Assembly (NCBI RefSeq): GCF_006345805.1
Contig: NC_043007.1
Span: 59,024,001-59,088,000, forward strand
DNA from: Octopus sinensis
Lineage: Eukaryota
Reading direction: 5' to 3'
Length of the DNA stretch: 64,000 nucleotides
Made by a program: the position numbers and the translations under genes. Shown one piece after another: positions 1 to 14,998 of the stretch (positions within the stretch are counted from its first letter, which is position 1; every line of letters begins with the position of its first letter). The notes under the pieces were generated by a model that was not told the origin of the DNA, searched no databases, and worked only from the letters and a program-made list of their open reading frames with translations.

Positions 1-2699
1 GATTTGATAAACAGGAACCTTGTCATCATAACAGATAAACAGGAACCTCATCATTGTAACTGACAGAGTGCCATTTTTTAAAAAGAGTGAAAGGAAAGGA
101 AATGTTCCATATCGTAAGGCAAAAATGTGTTCAGTTTAAGCAGTGAAAGCTAAGACAAAATAATTGCTATTCCGTTGTGTAGTGACTTTGCACTGGACTC
201 ATGCTCAGTTTGATAACAACCTGCGCATCAGTGTTGGCCTCCAGATCTGTGAGACCCACAAATGTTGCTGTTAGGACTTGATTTAACACCCATAGTGACC
301 CTAACAACTAAAAAGATTTTCCTACCCCTATAAAGGATCTTTTTGGGTTTTCTTCCAACCACTTGAAGGTTTATCTTGCTCCAGTCTACTCAGCTGGCCA
401 AAATGAGTTGTAGCTGTAATTGAAAGGGGTCGGCCTTGTCAGATTCAATGTGAGGCTGAATCACCCTGAGAACTACGTTAATGGTATGCATGTCTGGGGA
501 GTACTCAGCCACTTGCACATTAATTCTATCCTCATGTGGTAATGAAAAGTGAAAGCGATATCTAATATTTGCTGTAGTTAATTTGTCTTTGATTTAACAA
601 TGTGTCTATGTATCTATTTTTCTTTTGATCTATGTATCTACTTTCCGTTTGAAAATACTGATAGACATTTAAAAAATCAAAAAGGAACACCATCTTCCTT
701 TCAGTACCACTCGCTGTCTCTCTCACTTCCTTTCTCCTGCTTTGCCACTCACTTCAACTATACCTCCTCTGCTTAACACCTTTTATTTCTCTTTTTCTTT
801 GTACCTCTCCCTTCAACCTTTTCACCTCTTCCTTTGAAGTAAGTGTGACACACACCACAGGTATGTATGTATGTACAAAAACAGAAAGTTAGCATATCAA
901 TATTATTGATTGTTAAATTCTGCCAAGGTTGACTTTGCTTTCCATGTTTTTGAGGTCAATAAAATAAGTACCAGTTGAGTACTGGGGTTGATGAAACTAA
1001 CTTTCAGGCCTTGTAGAAAGGATTATTAATATTTCATCTCTCGGCATAAAGCCTCAAATTTTGGTGGGAAGGCGGATAGTCAATTACATCAATCCCAGTG
1101 CTCAACTGGTACATATTTCATTGATCCTGAAAGGATAAAAGGCAAAGGAGATCTTGGGTTAATCAAAGAAATGATCCCAACAGGACAACTATCCAGGGTT
1201 AATAAAAAAAAAAAACAAGCATTAAAACAGATTTTTGTAGAAGAGGGATAAAGGCGATGGAATATGTGTAGATGGTCAACCTGTTAAAAATGGAAACCAA
1301 ATTTCCCTAAAATCTCACTCTATCATTTTATTTAAGAACAGAACAAATCAGAAACTGCAGCATGCATACCCTAAGAAAGACAGGATAGTCCTGTCTAGAA
1401 TACATTTGATCATAGGTCTACTTTAAACAACAATAACAATTTGAAAGTGTTAATGTGAGGGGAAAATAACAACAATGATTTGAATTAGAAGACTTTAAAT
1501 TTAAGTATTGAAAAAGTGTATGAGATTAAGTGACAGTCATGTTTTCTCTAGGGCCATCAGAAGTCGAATGATAACAACTGCAATTGTCACCAACTTAGCT
1601 TGCCACCACCACAACTACAGCTACGACAACCAGCACAGCAACAACAACTCAACATCAACAACAACGAAAAGAATGCCAGAAATGTTCTCAGGTATCTCTA
1701 GTGATATTTAAATTACAATGGCTGCTTTTATTCAGTCGTGCTATAAAAAATATATATCTACTTGACAAAAGTAGTTCCCTTTCCTTGAGGTCTACTCTCA
1801 AAGACTGGAGGAGCTGATACACAGGAAAACACAACCCCTTAGTCATAACAGCTTTTAACCTACATCTAATATAGCTTTGTTTAGTCAAGGGTAGAGACTA
1901 GTGTCTGGTGCTTTAAAATCTCATTTTAGACTAAAGGAATGCTAGATATATATTTTAATAGACAAGTCTTTGTCCTAGACTAGAATTGTTTGATATCATA
2001 ACTGTCTCTGAAATATCTGTGTTATCAGATAGTGACTAGATATAGGAAGAAAGACTTGACATTATATTAATATTTAAATGCCACCTTATTATGGAATAGC
2101 TGACATACCTACACCTATGTCTGGATGTGTGTGTGTGTGTATGTATATATATGCTTTGGAGAAGTGTTTTGAATATGCATATAAAAGTTCCTAATCTATT
2201 CTGCCAGCTACAGCCTAATGATGTCAACCAGTGATACCAGTTTTTTGTGGTTGCACTGAGCTATGCTGATATAATATAGGATGAATATAGTAATAACAAT
2301 AATAGTCCTTGGATGGAATTAATAAATATTTTAATGCATATATACATCTACATATGTATGTGTGTGTTTACATTTGTATACACACATACGCATGTGTGTG
2401 TGTGTGTATTTACACTATATATATATATATATATACATATATATATTGTGTTTAAGTATTGCAGTATTTCTTCTAATTCTATATTCAGTTCAAATCTTGC
2501 TGAACTCCACTTTGCTTTTCATCTCTAACAGGGTTATATTATTTTAAATCTATGAGAATTTGAGAAATTAAAATTCAGCCAAAACAATATTGATTTTACT
2601 TGTAATAGTCAAAATACTAAGCACAACTTGACACTATTTTTGTCATTATAATAGTCATAGCAGTTGTATAGTAGCAGCTAGTGTGAGCAAAATGGTTAT

Positions 2700-3070
2700 A
2701 AATGAATATGAATAATATATATATATATATATACACATACATATATATATATATATATACACACACATACATATATACACATATATATATACATATATAT
2801 ACATACATATATATATACATATATATACATACATATATATATACATATATACACATACATATATATACACACATATATATATACATATATACACACACAT
2901 ACATATATATACACACATACATATATATATATATACACATACATATATATATACACATACATATACATATATATATATATACACATACATATATATATAT
3001 ATACACATACATATATATATATATACACATACATATACATATATATATATATACACATACATATATATAT
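2700..3070. repeat. Compound (AT)n/(AC)n microsatellite, about 370 bp
   Basis: Direct reading; source of the spurious YI/CV-rich ORFs. Confidence 0.95.
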
Positions 3071-6000
3071 ACTGTGTAGTAATAAGTTTGCTTCCCAACC
3101 TCATGGCACCAGGTTCAGTCCCACTGTGAAAGTGTCTTCAACTATAGTCCCAGGCTTGTAAGTGGAATTGGTAAATAGAAACTGAAAGAAGTTCATCATA
3201 TACGCATATGTGTGTGTGTGTCTGAGCGAGTGTGAATCTGTATGTCTCCTTGTCTTGACATCGCGTGAAAGTTATAAAATTGTCAATCATTAGAGCAGTG
3301 ACATTCATTTCCAATATTTTGTGAGAACATGTCTTGCAAAACAGATGAGGATTGGAGACAGAAACAGTATCCAGCTGTAGAAAATCTGCTTTGTAAACCC
3401 CCCAACCCATACAAGCATGGAAAAGTGGACATTAAAATGAGGACGATGATGATATAAACAAACACAGGCACACGTATATATATATCTATGTATTTATTAA
3501 TCAAAGTATACAGTATTAAAGATCCATTTCAGCCATTCTTACCAATTGGTTTCACACTGGATATTAGATAACACTATGGTCAAGTAATAGTGTGTGATCT
3601 TCAGTGCAAATGGCTTCTTTCAATTTCAATCTACAAAATTCAATCATGAAGCTTTAGACACTTGCTCATTATGCCATCAGTGGGATTCAGTATAGTGATG
3701 AGCTTTTTTAGTTGGTCAAACAACTGGGTGCTTATACTTTGAAATCCTGGTGAGATTCCATCAAACCTGAAATACTTCTACTCTTTGCATAAAACCTCCT
3801 ATAGAGTTATAACTTCTTCCACAAGGATAACTTGCTCTCAAAACACACAACTAAAAGTTTTGGGTAGTACCTCTATGATCACTGGCTTCTTGCACAATAT
3901 CTCTTTCACACACATACAGTAAGTTAAAAATAAAGATGCTTAGTCAATGACATTGAAATCATTTGTACATAATGAAATATCTTTTGGTGAGGTCATTTGG
4001 TTTGAAATATGCATGACAATGCATGCAGTTTTGTTGATCAATAAACAGCAGCACATTTTAGAAAAATATTACACTATTTAAAAAGTTATATAAATCTCGT
4101 ATCTACATTATTATTTAAACAAGGAAAGACGATTAATGTCTTACAAGAAAAATATTCATCTGCTTTATTTAAAACCAAAATTGTTACAAATTAATTATTT
4201 TGTTTACATTTAGCATTGAGCACTGTTAAGAATTTTTAAAATTTCTAAAATGTTCACACAAACACGTATCTATACACACATATTTTAGAGAAATGGGTAG
4301 AAAGACATGAAACCTCAAATTTATTTAAGAAAAATGAGAAATTGTGACAGTCATAACAACATGTGACAGTGGAACATGATCTTCACAATTGTTTAATTAA
4401 TGAAAAATTTAGCATGATACAATGATAAATACACGTTAGTGAAACTCATTATTTTCATTGTCTATTTATCAATATTAATTATTGGAGTTTTCCATGAGCA
4501 GGGAGAAATCATTTACTGTTTTCATTTTTCTGAAAAAGACAGCTAATTATTAACTAAGTACAGCATTTTGATTAATTAATATAATATACGAGAATTTGTT
4601 TAATGAATCTGTGCAATAGTTTTGTGTTTATAAATAGTAAAATAACTTCAATCAATCCCAGTCTCAGTAATATAAATAAGTTGGATTTGTTATAGTTACA
4701 GCTGGCTCAGCTGTTGTATTGCTGCCTTATGGTACTGATTGTTGACTCATATTTCAGTGTTGCCATGGTGCTCCCATGACAATAAATACCTAATTCCTGA
4801 AGATTTAGTCCACCTATCTATAAAATAGGTATCATGGCATGGCACATCTCATTACTGAAAAAGTTTGATTGACAAATGGTGGGCAAGCAGTGTAACCAGG
4901 AGAAACTGTGTTAACACAGTTTTATAATGCCTTTTTTTACATTTGTTAGTCACAGTGGGTGAATTCTTTTAATTTTTTAGTAGGTGGGTTTGGAAGAAGG
5001 AATGGTATCTTTTGCTGCCACAGTCCTTCTGAAACTAGTGAGATAGATATCATTAATGTCCTGCTCAAACTGTTAAAAGCCAATATTTGGAGGAAAGATA
5101 CAAACAAGAAGGAATTAAAAAAAGAAAAAAGAAAAGGAAAAACTAGTTGAAGTGGTTAGTACATGGCTTGGGCAGGATAATAAAAACAAAAATCAATTTT
5201 TAGGAATTCAAGAGACAACATCATTATCACCATTGTTTGACATCCACTTTCCATGCTGGCATGGGCGAACAGTTTGAAGAATGTCTTGCTCCAGTGTCTA
5301 AGTTTTGGTATGTTTCTGCAGCTGGATACCCTTCCTTACACCAATTACCTTGCAGAGTGCACAGGGTTCCTTTTTGTGGCACCAGCATGAATGAAGTTAC
5401 TATGTAACTTGCAGTGCTAAAGAGCCCTCACAAGTGAGAGAGAGTATAATAGAGAGAGAAATGGCTTTATGCAAGATGTTGAAAGGTTAAAGTCTGATAA
5501 AAGGGACAGGAACAGGTTTGTAGAGAAGATACATGGGTACCCTGCATTGTATAAGGGTGGGTGTGATTAAAAGGGGTGAAACAAGATATGTAAAAAAAAG
5601 TTTGTGACTTCACTATTTTCAAATGTGGTAGAGATGAAATACTTTGGATATTACTAGTTGTTTGAAAGACTTAAATGAAATTACAAGAAACTTATACTGA
5701 TAAAAATAAAATAATGATGAATTAGTTATTAGCACAATAGAAAAATATCAAGAAATCAAAGAAACTGGCAATAGTTTCTGTGTCAGCATTTAATGCTTCC
5801 TCTAATTTTAGAAGCCAATGAGTGCAAATATTTTGTTGTGAAAATTGTTTTTCCAATGTTTTCCTACACTATATAATAATTATTAATTAGTTTGTTATTT
5901 TAAGTAATTAACATTTCATGCACACATTAATGTCTTTTGTGCATTGGTTGCAAAATGTGCATGTGCACACAGTGGAAACAGTGTTAGCAATTAGTTTATA

Positions 6001-8948
6001 GAGGAGTGTAAATTCAATTAAGTATGATACATTAGGTAATCCTGTTTTTAATAGGCTAGATGAAACAATGTTTCTCTCGACATTATGCATATTTACAATT
6101 TTTTGTTTTGGTCATGTGGTGTGGATGGATGAAGACAATTGCATAAAGAAGTGCTGATCACTTATAGTGGATGGAAGTTGTGAAAAAGAAAGACCCAGGA
6201 AGATATTAGGTGAAGTATCGAAAGGCAATCTCAAAATGCTGAACCTCACAGAGATGACAAAGGACTGGGATATATATTACTGTAGTCAAGAAAACCCATT
6301 CTCTACAAAAGAATTCATATCCTAAATAGTGCTGGTACCATGTAAAAAGCACTGGCGCTGGTGCTATGTAAAAAGCACCCAGTATACTCTGTAAAGTGGT
6401 TAGTGTTAGAAAGGGCATCCAACTGTAGAAACCAGGCCAAAACAGACTATGGAACCTGGTGTGACCCCTGGCCTTGCCAGCTCCTGCCAAGCTGTCCAAC
6501 TCATGCCAACATGGAAAATGGATGTTAAATGATGATGATGACAATATTACTTTAATTGTTCTTAAAAATTATGCGAATGCTTATAAAGATGTTAAAAGAT
6601 AATTAATTTTTAACTTGAACATCTTATGGCTTTTTTGTTACCATATTTGTTGAAATATACTCTAATTTAAAAAATAATGAAGAATTTAGTCACGATCAAG
6701 TTCAGAACTTTGTTGTTATTAAATAAGTATTTGGAACATAAAATAAAATTAGAACATTATAGGTGCAGGTGTGGTTGTGTAGTAAGGTACGTCTCTCAAC
6801 CACATGGTTCTGGGTTCAGTCCCACTGTGTTGCATCTTGGGCAAGTGTCTTCTACTAAAGCTCTGGGCAAACCAGAATTTTGTTAGTGGATTTGGTAGGC
6901 AGAAACCGAAAGAAGCCAAACATATATCTGCACATATCAATGTGCATGCCTTTGTGTTTATATTTGTTCCCCATCACCACCACTTGACAACTAATGCTAG
7001 TTTATCTATGTCCGTGACTTAGTGGTTTGGCAAAGAAGACTGAGAGAATAAATACCAGGCTTAAAAATAAGTACTGGGGTCAATTCAACTGAAACAATTT
7101 ACAGATATAAAAATTTTGATGGAAGGTTTTAACTATTTTCTCAAAATCATTGAATCAAACAATGATACTTTGATGTTAACTCTAGCATTTAAACAGGCCA
7201 GATCTAGCCAACATAGTCTACCTGCTTTATGTTCAAACTAGCCAGATGTGGGCTCTCACACCAATCCTACAATATCATTCTTAATATTAACAGTTACCTC
7301 ATCAATATACTCTTTACTCTTTTACTTGTTTCAGTCATTTGACTGTGGCCATGCTGGAGCACCGTCTTTAGTCAAGCAAATCGACCCTGGGACTTATTCT
7401 TTGTAAGCCCAGTATGTATTCTATCGGTCTCTTTTGCCGAACCGCTAAGTGACGGGGACGTAAACACACACATACATACGACAGGCTTCTTTCAGTTTCC
7501 GTCTACCAAATCCACTCACAAGGCATTGGTTGGCCCGGGGCTATAGCAGAAGACACTTGCCTAAGATGCCACGCAGTGGGACTGAACCCGGAATCATGTG
7601 GTTGGTTAGCAAGCTACTTACCACACAGCCACTCCTGTGCCTTGTATCTCAAAGATACAAGACAATGCATGATTAATTCAAGACAAAGTGAATAAATAAG
7701 CATTACTTTTGACAGAATAATGTGAGTGCTAAAGGGTTAAGGCATCTTATACTTGTTTCAGTCATTTGACTGTGGCTATGCTTGGGCACCACCTTGAAGG
7801 GTTTTAGCCAAACGAATCAACCCCAGGACTTAGTTTTTTTTTAATGCCTGGTACTTATTCTATTGGATTCTTTTGGCTGAACCGCTAAGTTACAGGGATA
7901 TAAACACAGCAACACCAGTTGTCATGTGGTGGTGGTAGGACAAACACACACATATCTATCTATCTATATATATATACATACATACATATGATGGGCTTCT
8001 TCCAGTTTCTGTCTACCAAATCCACTCACAAGACTTTGGTCGGCCTGAGGCTACAGTAGAAGACACTTGCCCACGGTGCCATGCAGTGGGACTAAATCTA
8101 AAACCATGTGGTTGGGAAGCAAGTTTCTTACCATGCCTTCTCAATGAAAATGTTTTAATAAATTTTCCTAAACATTATGAAATCCAAAAGAAAAGGATTG
8201 TAAAATACTGATTCAATTCTAATTAAGCATTTTATTAATTATAAAAATAGTATTTATAAAAATGTTTCCTTGAATATTAAAACCTTTACTAACATACTCA
8301 TAGACACCCCTATTGAAACTTGATAACCTGTGCATTGACTTGTTAAATGCATTCAAGCAATAACATTTTTAACACAAATAATGAAGCCGCATGGTAAGAT
8401 CATTACTTGCCTCATCAATACATAACATAAATTAACAGTGACTTCTTAAAAAGGTCCATATCCAGTGTCCTTAAATAGTAGAAACAGAAATGCTTTTTTT
8501 TAAACCCTTTCATATTCAGCTTAATCAAATGTAATGCTTATTTAATTACACTGTTTTTAATTAATCATGCATTATCTCATAGCTTTGAGCTTTTGATGTG
8601 ATGCTTATTTTTAGAATGACATTGTAAGATAGGTGTAAGAGACTGGATCTGGCTGGTTTGAATGTAAAACAAAATACTTGGGTTGGATAAGATGGGTTTA
8701 AATGCTGTTTATGTTTGAAAGAGAAGATAAACAGATGATAAACGTTTTGTTATTTTTTTAGTGATTAGCTGTTTCTGATCCAAACAGACTGTCATTCATT
8801 TCTTTTAGAAGTAGGAAAATAAAGAATATAGTGGCATATTGTATTTTCCATTGTATAAGGCATGCTGTAGTGTAAGACACACCATCTTATATAAGTAGTT
8901 GTTTTTAGGAGTGGAAAAATGTAAAGTTTCATTTGATTTATTGACATA

Positions 8949-9331
8949 CTAGCAGTATCGCCCGGCGTTGCTCAGGTTTGTAAGGGAAATAACAATAAAG
9001 CATTTTTAGAGAGTTATAGCCAAAAAATAGCAAAAAAATGGAAAAAAAATTATGGTAAATTTTTTTGAGAGTTAAAAAAGGTGGAGTTGCGTCCCCTAGA
9101 CGGTCTGTGGTTTGGGTTTATGATTCTCGACCCCATGTCGAATTTATCGATTTTTTTCAGAACTGGGAGAACTTTTCAAAATTTTCGCTGCGTTAGTTTT
9201 GAATTATGACATTGGGCTATGTGTGTGTCAAGTTTCATCAGAATCGGTTGAAAGCCGTGGTCAGAGTGAGGGTACGAGAAAACAGACACACAGAAAACGC
9301 ACAGACAAACTGCCGTTTATATAGAGAGAGA
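8949..9331 (-). mobile_element. Non-autonomous Helitron-type element, 383 bp
   Basis: Minus strand: A|TC 5' end, GC-rich subterminal hairpin CCTGAGCAACGCCGGG, CTAG|T 3' end, no TSD. Confidence 0.8.
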
Positions 9332-12300
9332 TAAGACAAGGTGTGTTTCAGAGATACAAGTTTTGGTTGAAAAAAAAAATCATACGTAAGTTAAAAATAA
9401 ATTTTTAAAGTTTTCGAAGGTATAAAAGGAAACAAGTGACAATAGTGTTTGATTTTTCTTTACTTGAATATTAAAAAAAAATTAAAATGTAAAAATATAT
9501 CTTCAGTATTATCATACTTATAAATACTTGCATACCCATGCAGATTTGTTAGTAACTAAATTAGTTAGAAAACAATATCAAAATCAAACAATAAATAGGT
9601 ATTTCTTTAAAAACATATGAAAACAACTGCAAAATATTTCATTCTTAAATAATATATTCAATGTTATTTCACATCGATAGTTCTGAGATGAACTGTGGTT
9701 AAAATAGAATGACATTTACAAACTCTAAATCTCATTTTTCATGCCTTTACTATCTACATTACATTCTGTTTAGTGTATTCACAGACCATCTCAAGGGTCT
9801 TCAGGTTATTTTTGTCACAAAATTTAAATATATCCAGCCATAAACTTATTGATTAAAATAAAAGCTTTTGACTTTAAAATCCAGTCTAAGTATACATATG
9901 TAGGAATAGCACACCTGAAGATGCTTGAGGAATAGACCAACTGAAAGAAAGTGTAAGAAATTGAAATGAAAAAGGTGATGTGTGTAGAATTGAAAATACC
10001 AAACTATTTTAACATTCAAAAGAATTTGTTTAAACTGAAAACAATATATATAATTATGATAAGATATTTCTAGAAATAATTTAAAACACTACAGAAAACA
10101 AAAATGTTTTTTCTCACAGCAAATGGATAAATTAGAAGAAAAAAAAAACTAACATTGTGGTCTTCTTGCAAAACTTGTCAATTTTCTGAGAATTCTTTCC
10201 TCACCAAAGACATAGCAAGGTTGAATGCTAAAGGGTTAAATTAATCCCAGTAAGATTTGAATTCAAAATGTAGAAAGAGAAGGAACTAAACACCATGACA
10301 TTTTGTCCAAGTCTATTATTTCTGGCACTTTACTGCCTTTTTATTTGTACAAAAACAAACAAGAACTAAAGTGAAAAAAAAGGAAAGAGTAAGCATCAAG
10401 TAGAACTTGAACATGAAACCTTTGGTTAATGGCCTATTACATTTACTATTTATACTACTGGCTCTGTATGATTTTTCAGTTTTATCATGACCCCCTCCCA
10501 TGACATAGTGAGGAATGGAGGAGTACTTGTGTGAGTGAGTGTGTGTCTGTGTGAATTAATAGATGATGTGAAGGAGCATATATGTAAGTATGTAAGTGTA
10601 TATGTGTGAATAAGTATATGAATAAATATGTGAATGAAATATATTTACAAAAATGTGTATAGTAAGAATATTGCAAGAATACCTAACATTATATATATAT
10701 ATAAATTGATGATTTTAGAATTTTTTTTAGATAAAATTCAAACAGACAATATTCTCTACAACATGAATCCATTCCTTTATGGGTAAAAATAAAGATTTAA
10801 AAAATGTTTTAATACTAAGAGATAAAAAAAAAAATTACACTCATCCAAGACAACATTTTGAGGGATTTGGTTAGGATTGATAGCATTTTGGACATTTTAC
10901 TCTCAGCCACATAGAAATATTCTTATTGTCAATCCTGCTTCCACTGAATTCACCCTTTCAATTCTGCAACATCATAAACATCAGTATGCTGCCTATTTAA
11001 TGGTTACAATAAGTAGCTATTCTAATTAGAAGTCCTATTGTCAGTGAATTAATGCTTCCAATGCTACACTGGTTGGCAATGCTACATTAAAGCTATAATA
11101 TAATGACTATTCTAATTGCAGCCTTTTCAAATCTCTAGAAATTGGTAGCACCATATAATGGATAAACTATGGAATCATTCTAACTGTAAATCCCATTGTT
11201 AATGGATTAATGCTGCTGGCAGCAATGAGTATACTCTCTCTCACACACACATTAATTCTATGTTTTAGAAAACAAGAATTGGCAGCTGTCACTAACAGTT
11301 ATGACACTGTATTAACACCTTCATTGCACATCTAGTCATCAGTATGATGACTATTCTAACTGAAAATGTAGTAAAAGAGTTTAAAATATTGTGGAGTAGT
11401 CATAGAATATGTAAAAGAACAGAAATTTGAGCTTTGTTAAAAGTTATATTCAAGTTTGCAAATTAAGAAAGAAGCCTCTTCTGAGCCAAGCCCATGCTGT
11501 GGCTTCATTCTCTACTAAAATCGCAATACTTGTATTCTTGAGAAAGGCATACAAATCACAACATCCAATCTACTCTCTTCTGTAAATCTGTAGCTTTGAA
11601 CTCAAGTGAGAAAAGTTATGAGAAATTCAAACCTTTAAGACTGGAAACAAAAATCTATCCCAGAATTTTTCTTATGATGGATGGCAGGAGTGGACTGAAC
11701 CATCGGTCATTCGGGCACTGCCCAAGTGCCTGGAGCTCTGAGGAGCCTGTACTCTACACTTTAACTCTCTTTGATATCAATGCTAAAGTTATGCTAAAGT
11801 GAACAGTTATGCCTGAGGGCTCTTGATACTCTCAGTCTGCCCCTGATGGATGGTCTTTTTACTAAAAAATATTTTGACTGATTTAACTGAAATAACTTCT
11901 GTTTTAATAGCAAATATGATTCTAGACAAATTAATTTAGTGATATTTTTAATGAGGGTGTAAATGGTCCAGCTGATAAGATATTGGGCAACCAGCTGAGA
12001 GGATCACCAGCATTCAAGCTAATGAAGGAGCCTCTTGTAGTTGCTTGGCCTCCTAGAAATAGCCACAAGTTTCACTCAAATCACATCCAACCATCTTGAA
12101 AAATGTGGTTTTGGGTTCACTGTACATAGGAAAAAAATGGAATGGCTATGGCTGGATTACCTCTTATCATAAGCCTATTTGATCTGGATTTACAACAATT
12201 TAACTTTCAACAGCAAAGTCCACCTAGACATAAGTAATATTTACTTTACTAAGAGTACAGTTATGAGTAGTAATATGTTGGCTTGTAGTACTGGGTTCAA

Positions 12301-14610
12301 TTCTTTCAGTAGGAAAAACTACATGTAATAGTTCAAGGGCCTATATTAAGAGAGATTTATCTTTCATCTACTAAACACCCAATAAAAATCAGGAAAAGGC
12401 ACCGGCCTTATGGAATCTTGTGATTTAGAAATGTATTAGCTTTTTATTTACAGCTGTAAATGATTGTAAACTTAGCAATGAAAATCGAAGACAATAAAGC
12501 ATAAGTGCAATGAAATGGCATCCAAGAGAATATAAAGTTGGGTTGCAGCCTTGGCCTCACCAGAAGCTTGGTACTAGCTCTTTAGACCTACCAAACAAAA
12601 TATTTTCTTGACAATTCTTTTCTGGTATAGTAAGATTCTACAGGAAGAAATCGATCCATTTAAAAGCTACTTTAAGAGTATGAATAATTGGCATCACTCA
12701 CTTGTAAAGGATTTCTTCATATTCCATCAGGAAAAAAAAAAAAAAAAATAAGTGCAATAAAAATTTGTTTTTACCTTACAAGGCCTTCATAAAATGAAGG
12801 AATTCCAGATATTTATGATAAATAATATTGACTTATAAAATGTTTCATTAACAGTATACTTTCTTTATAGATAGTGCAAAATACCTTAATAATATTTAAA
12901 AACAAACAGTTATCATGTTTGAGAAAAATAACAGTAACAATAGTATAAAAATAAAGTACTTTTAGTAGACCTGGTGGTGATATAGTCTATTGTCCCCATT
13001 TTGCTTCATTAGTTATATGAGGTTGCTGGTGGTACTAAAGCCCAAAGTGAGCTGTGACAATTCAGCACGATGGATTAATCAAGCTAAGAGTGACAGACAT
13101 TCCTAACAGGTTGTGAGCAATTTCAATTAGATAATATACTTACAATAAATATATTCATCAAATCATTTATTTGATGGGTGGAGTTTCTGTACAAAACATA
13201 TTTTCCCTCTTGACTGACATGATTCATTTGTTTTTACTAACGAGTTACACTGTTATTGTTTAACAATCCATATGCCCAATCAACTTAAATAAGACAAGAG
13301 TATACAGGTGAGTTTTGGAGTATAGGTTAAACAAGCAACAATTTGAGACTGTAATCCTCTTTTGAATCCCACATAACTATTTTACTTTACAAATTTTGTT
13401 ATTACTCTTGAGAAGTATGTCACAGAATTTTATTAATCAAAAACCTTGTGTCTACAAAAGAAATCAATATCAATTTATTATGTGTAATTTATTCAAAATA
13501 AATATCTTTGATTTTTTTTTTTTAAACTAAAAATCTTTAATTTTATCAATGAGCTTATGCAGAGCTAATGTCTTTAAAAAGCATTTTTTCAATATGTTCA
13601 GCTTCGAATCAAGTTGTACTAAAGTTAGAAATACAACTGCATTTCCAACATTCTGTAAGCCAACAAGGGAATTTCTATCTAGCTGTTTGACCTACTAGTA
13701 ATAGCAACTATATTTCCTTCAAATTATTCTCCACTATCTTAAAAAGAAAGACACACACTGGATAATGCAACCCTAGGTATCTGGGCAAAAAAGACATCTG
13801 AAACTGAACTGAATAACCCAATGTGTTCTTGCTACCTTTATTAAGTAAACTGAGTTAAACAGAATAACAACATCTTTTCTAATCTTGCTTTTAGCTAAAG
13901 CCACTAACCCACAACAATTTAAACTGATTGTTAATTCCAGTTTAACTGATCATTAATCAGTTAACGATCAGTTAAATAATTAACTGATTAATGTGAAATT
14001 AATACTATGACTAAGTAATCCCCCTCTCTCCTCCATCTCTTCTTGACAAAACTCATGAGATTAAAGGACACTTTCACAGGTCATCTAATAAAAGAGACTA
14101 TTTAATTATTAATTGTCATGAATATATTTCTATGCTGGTTTTTTATTTACTTTGTTGTTTTGTTCTTGGGCTTTTAGAAATTTAGGGAAATCATTTGACC
14201 CAAACCAGTAAACCTCATATACTGATATTTGGCTTTTATTTTTATAAATTTATAAAAATAATAGAACTTTCTATTCAAATATATAAAACATAAACACATA
14301 GATAAAATGTTAGGTGTAAGGCACTTTGTGTAAAGAGGAAGAGTTATTTATACATCATTAAAATCAAAATGCTGAAAGTATAATGTGAAGTGAAAAACAA
14401 CATAAGAACTGTAATTATATCAATTACCAACACTTTTTTTATAATTTATATTTTGCTTTACTATGCTATGTTGTGTAGTTATTATTTAGGTTGCATGAAT
14501 GCATATGTTGGTTATTTGATTTCTGCTGTTTGTTGCATGGTTTTCAGTGATCATGCAATGTCACACCACTTCTCTCTTTTATACATCAAAACCTATTTTT
14601 CCACCTCCAA

Positions 14611-14998
14611 TTAAGGAGAGTTCAGCAGATAGCAGGAATTTTACTTTGTAAATTTACTGGCATCTTTGAGAATTTTTTCACAATGAAGAATCTTTTGAAT
14701 CAAGAACTGTATTCAAATCAAAGCAATATCAAATTAAGTTTTTAATTTTGTAATCAACAGATTTTACAACACTTGTAATAACTCTTTAAATTCAAGTAAA
14801 ATGACTTAAGTATTGAACTTTTTTGGTTGTCACAATTCTTTTTGCCATTTTCTTTAAATTACCACAGATATTCATTTTTGTTTAATGAGTTAAAATTACC
14901 ACAGTTTTTAATAAATGCAATAACAAATAAACTTTGTTATTAAATTAATATTGTGCAAAATGTTTCTTGTTATTTGCTCCTTGCTGAACTCTCCTTAG
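14611..14998. mobile_element. Probable MITE with short TIRs (GGAGAGTTCAGCA / TGCTGAACTCTCC), TTAA/TTAG flanks
   Basis: Perfect 16-bp inverted repeat taaggagagttcagca (14612-14627) / tgctgaactctcctta (14982-14997) about 350 bp apart. Confidence 0.5.

Noticed and set aside
2617-3104. Long YI/CV-repeat ORFs (also near 16000, 51200, 57700 and 62600)
   Set aside because: They are translations of microsatellites
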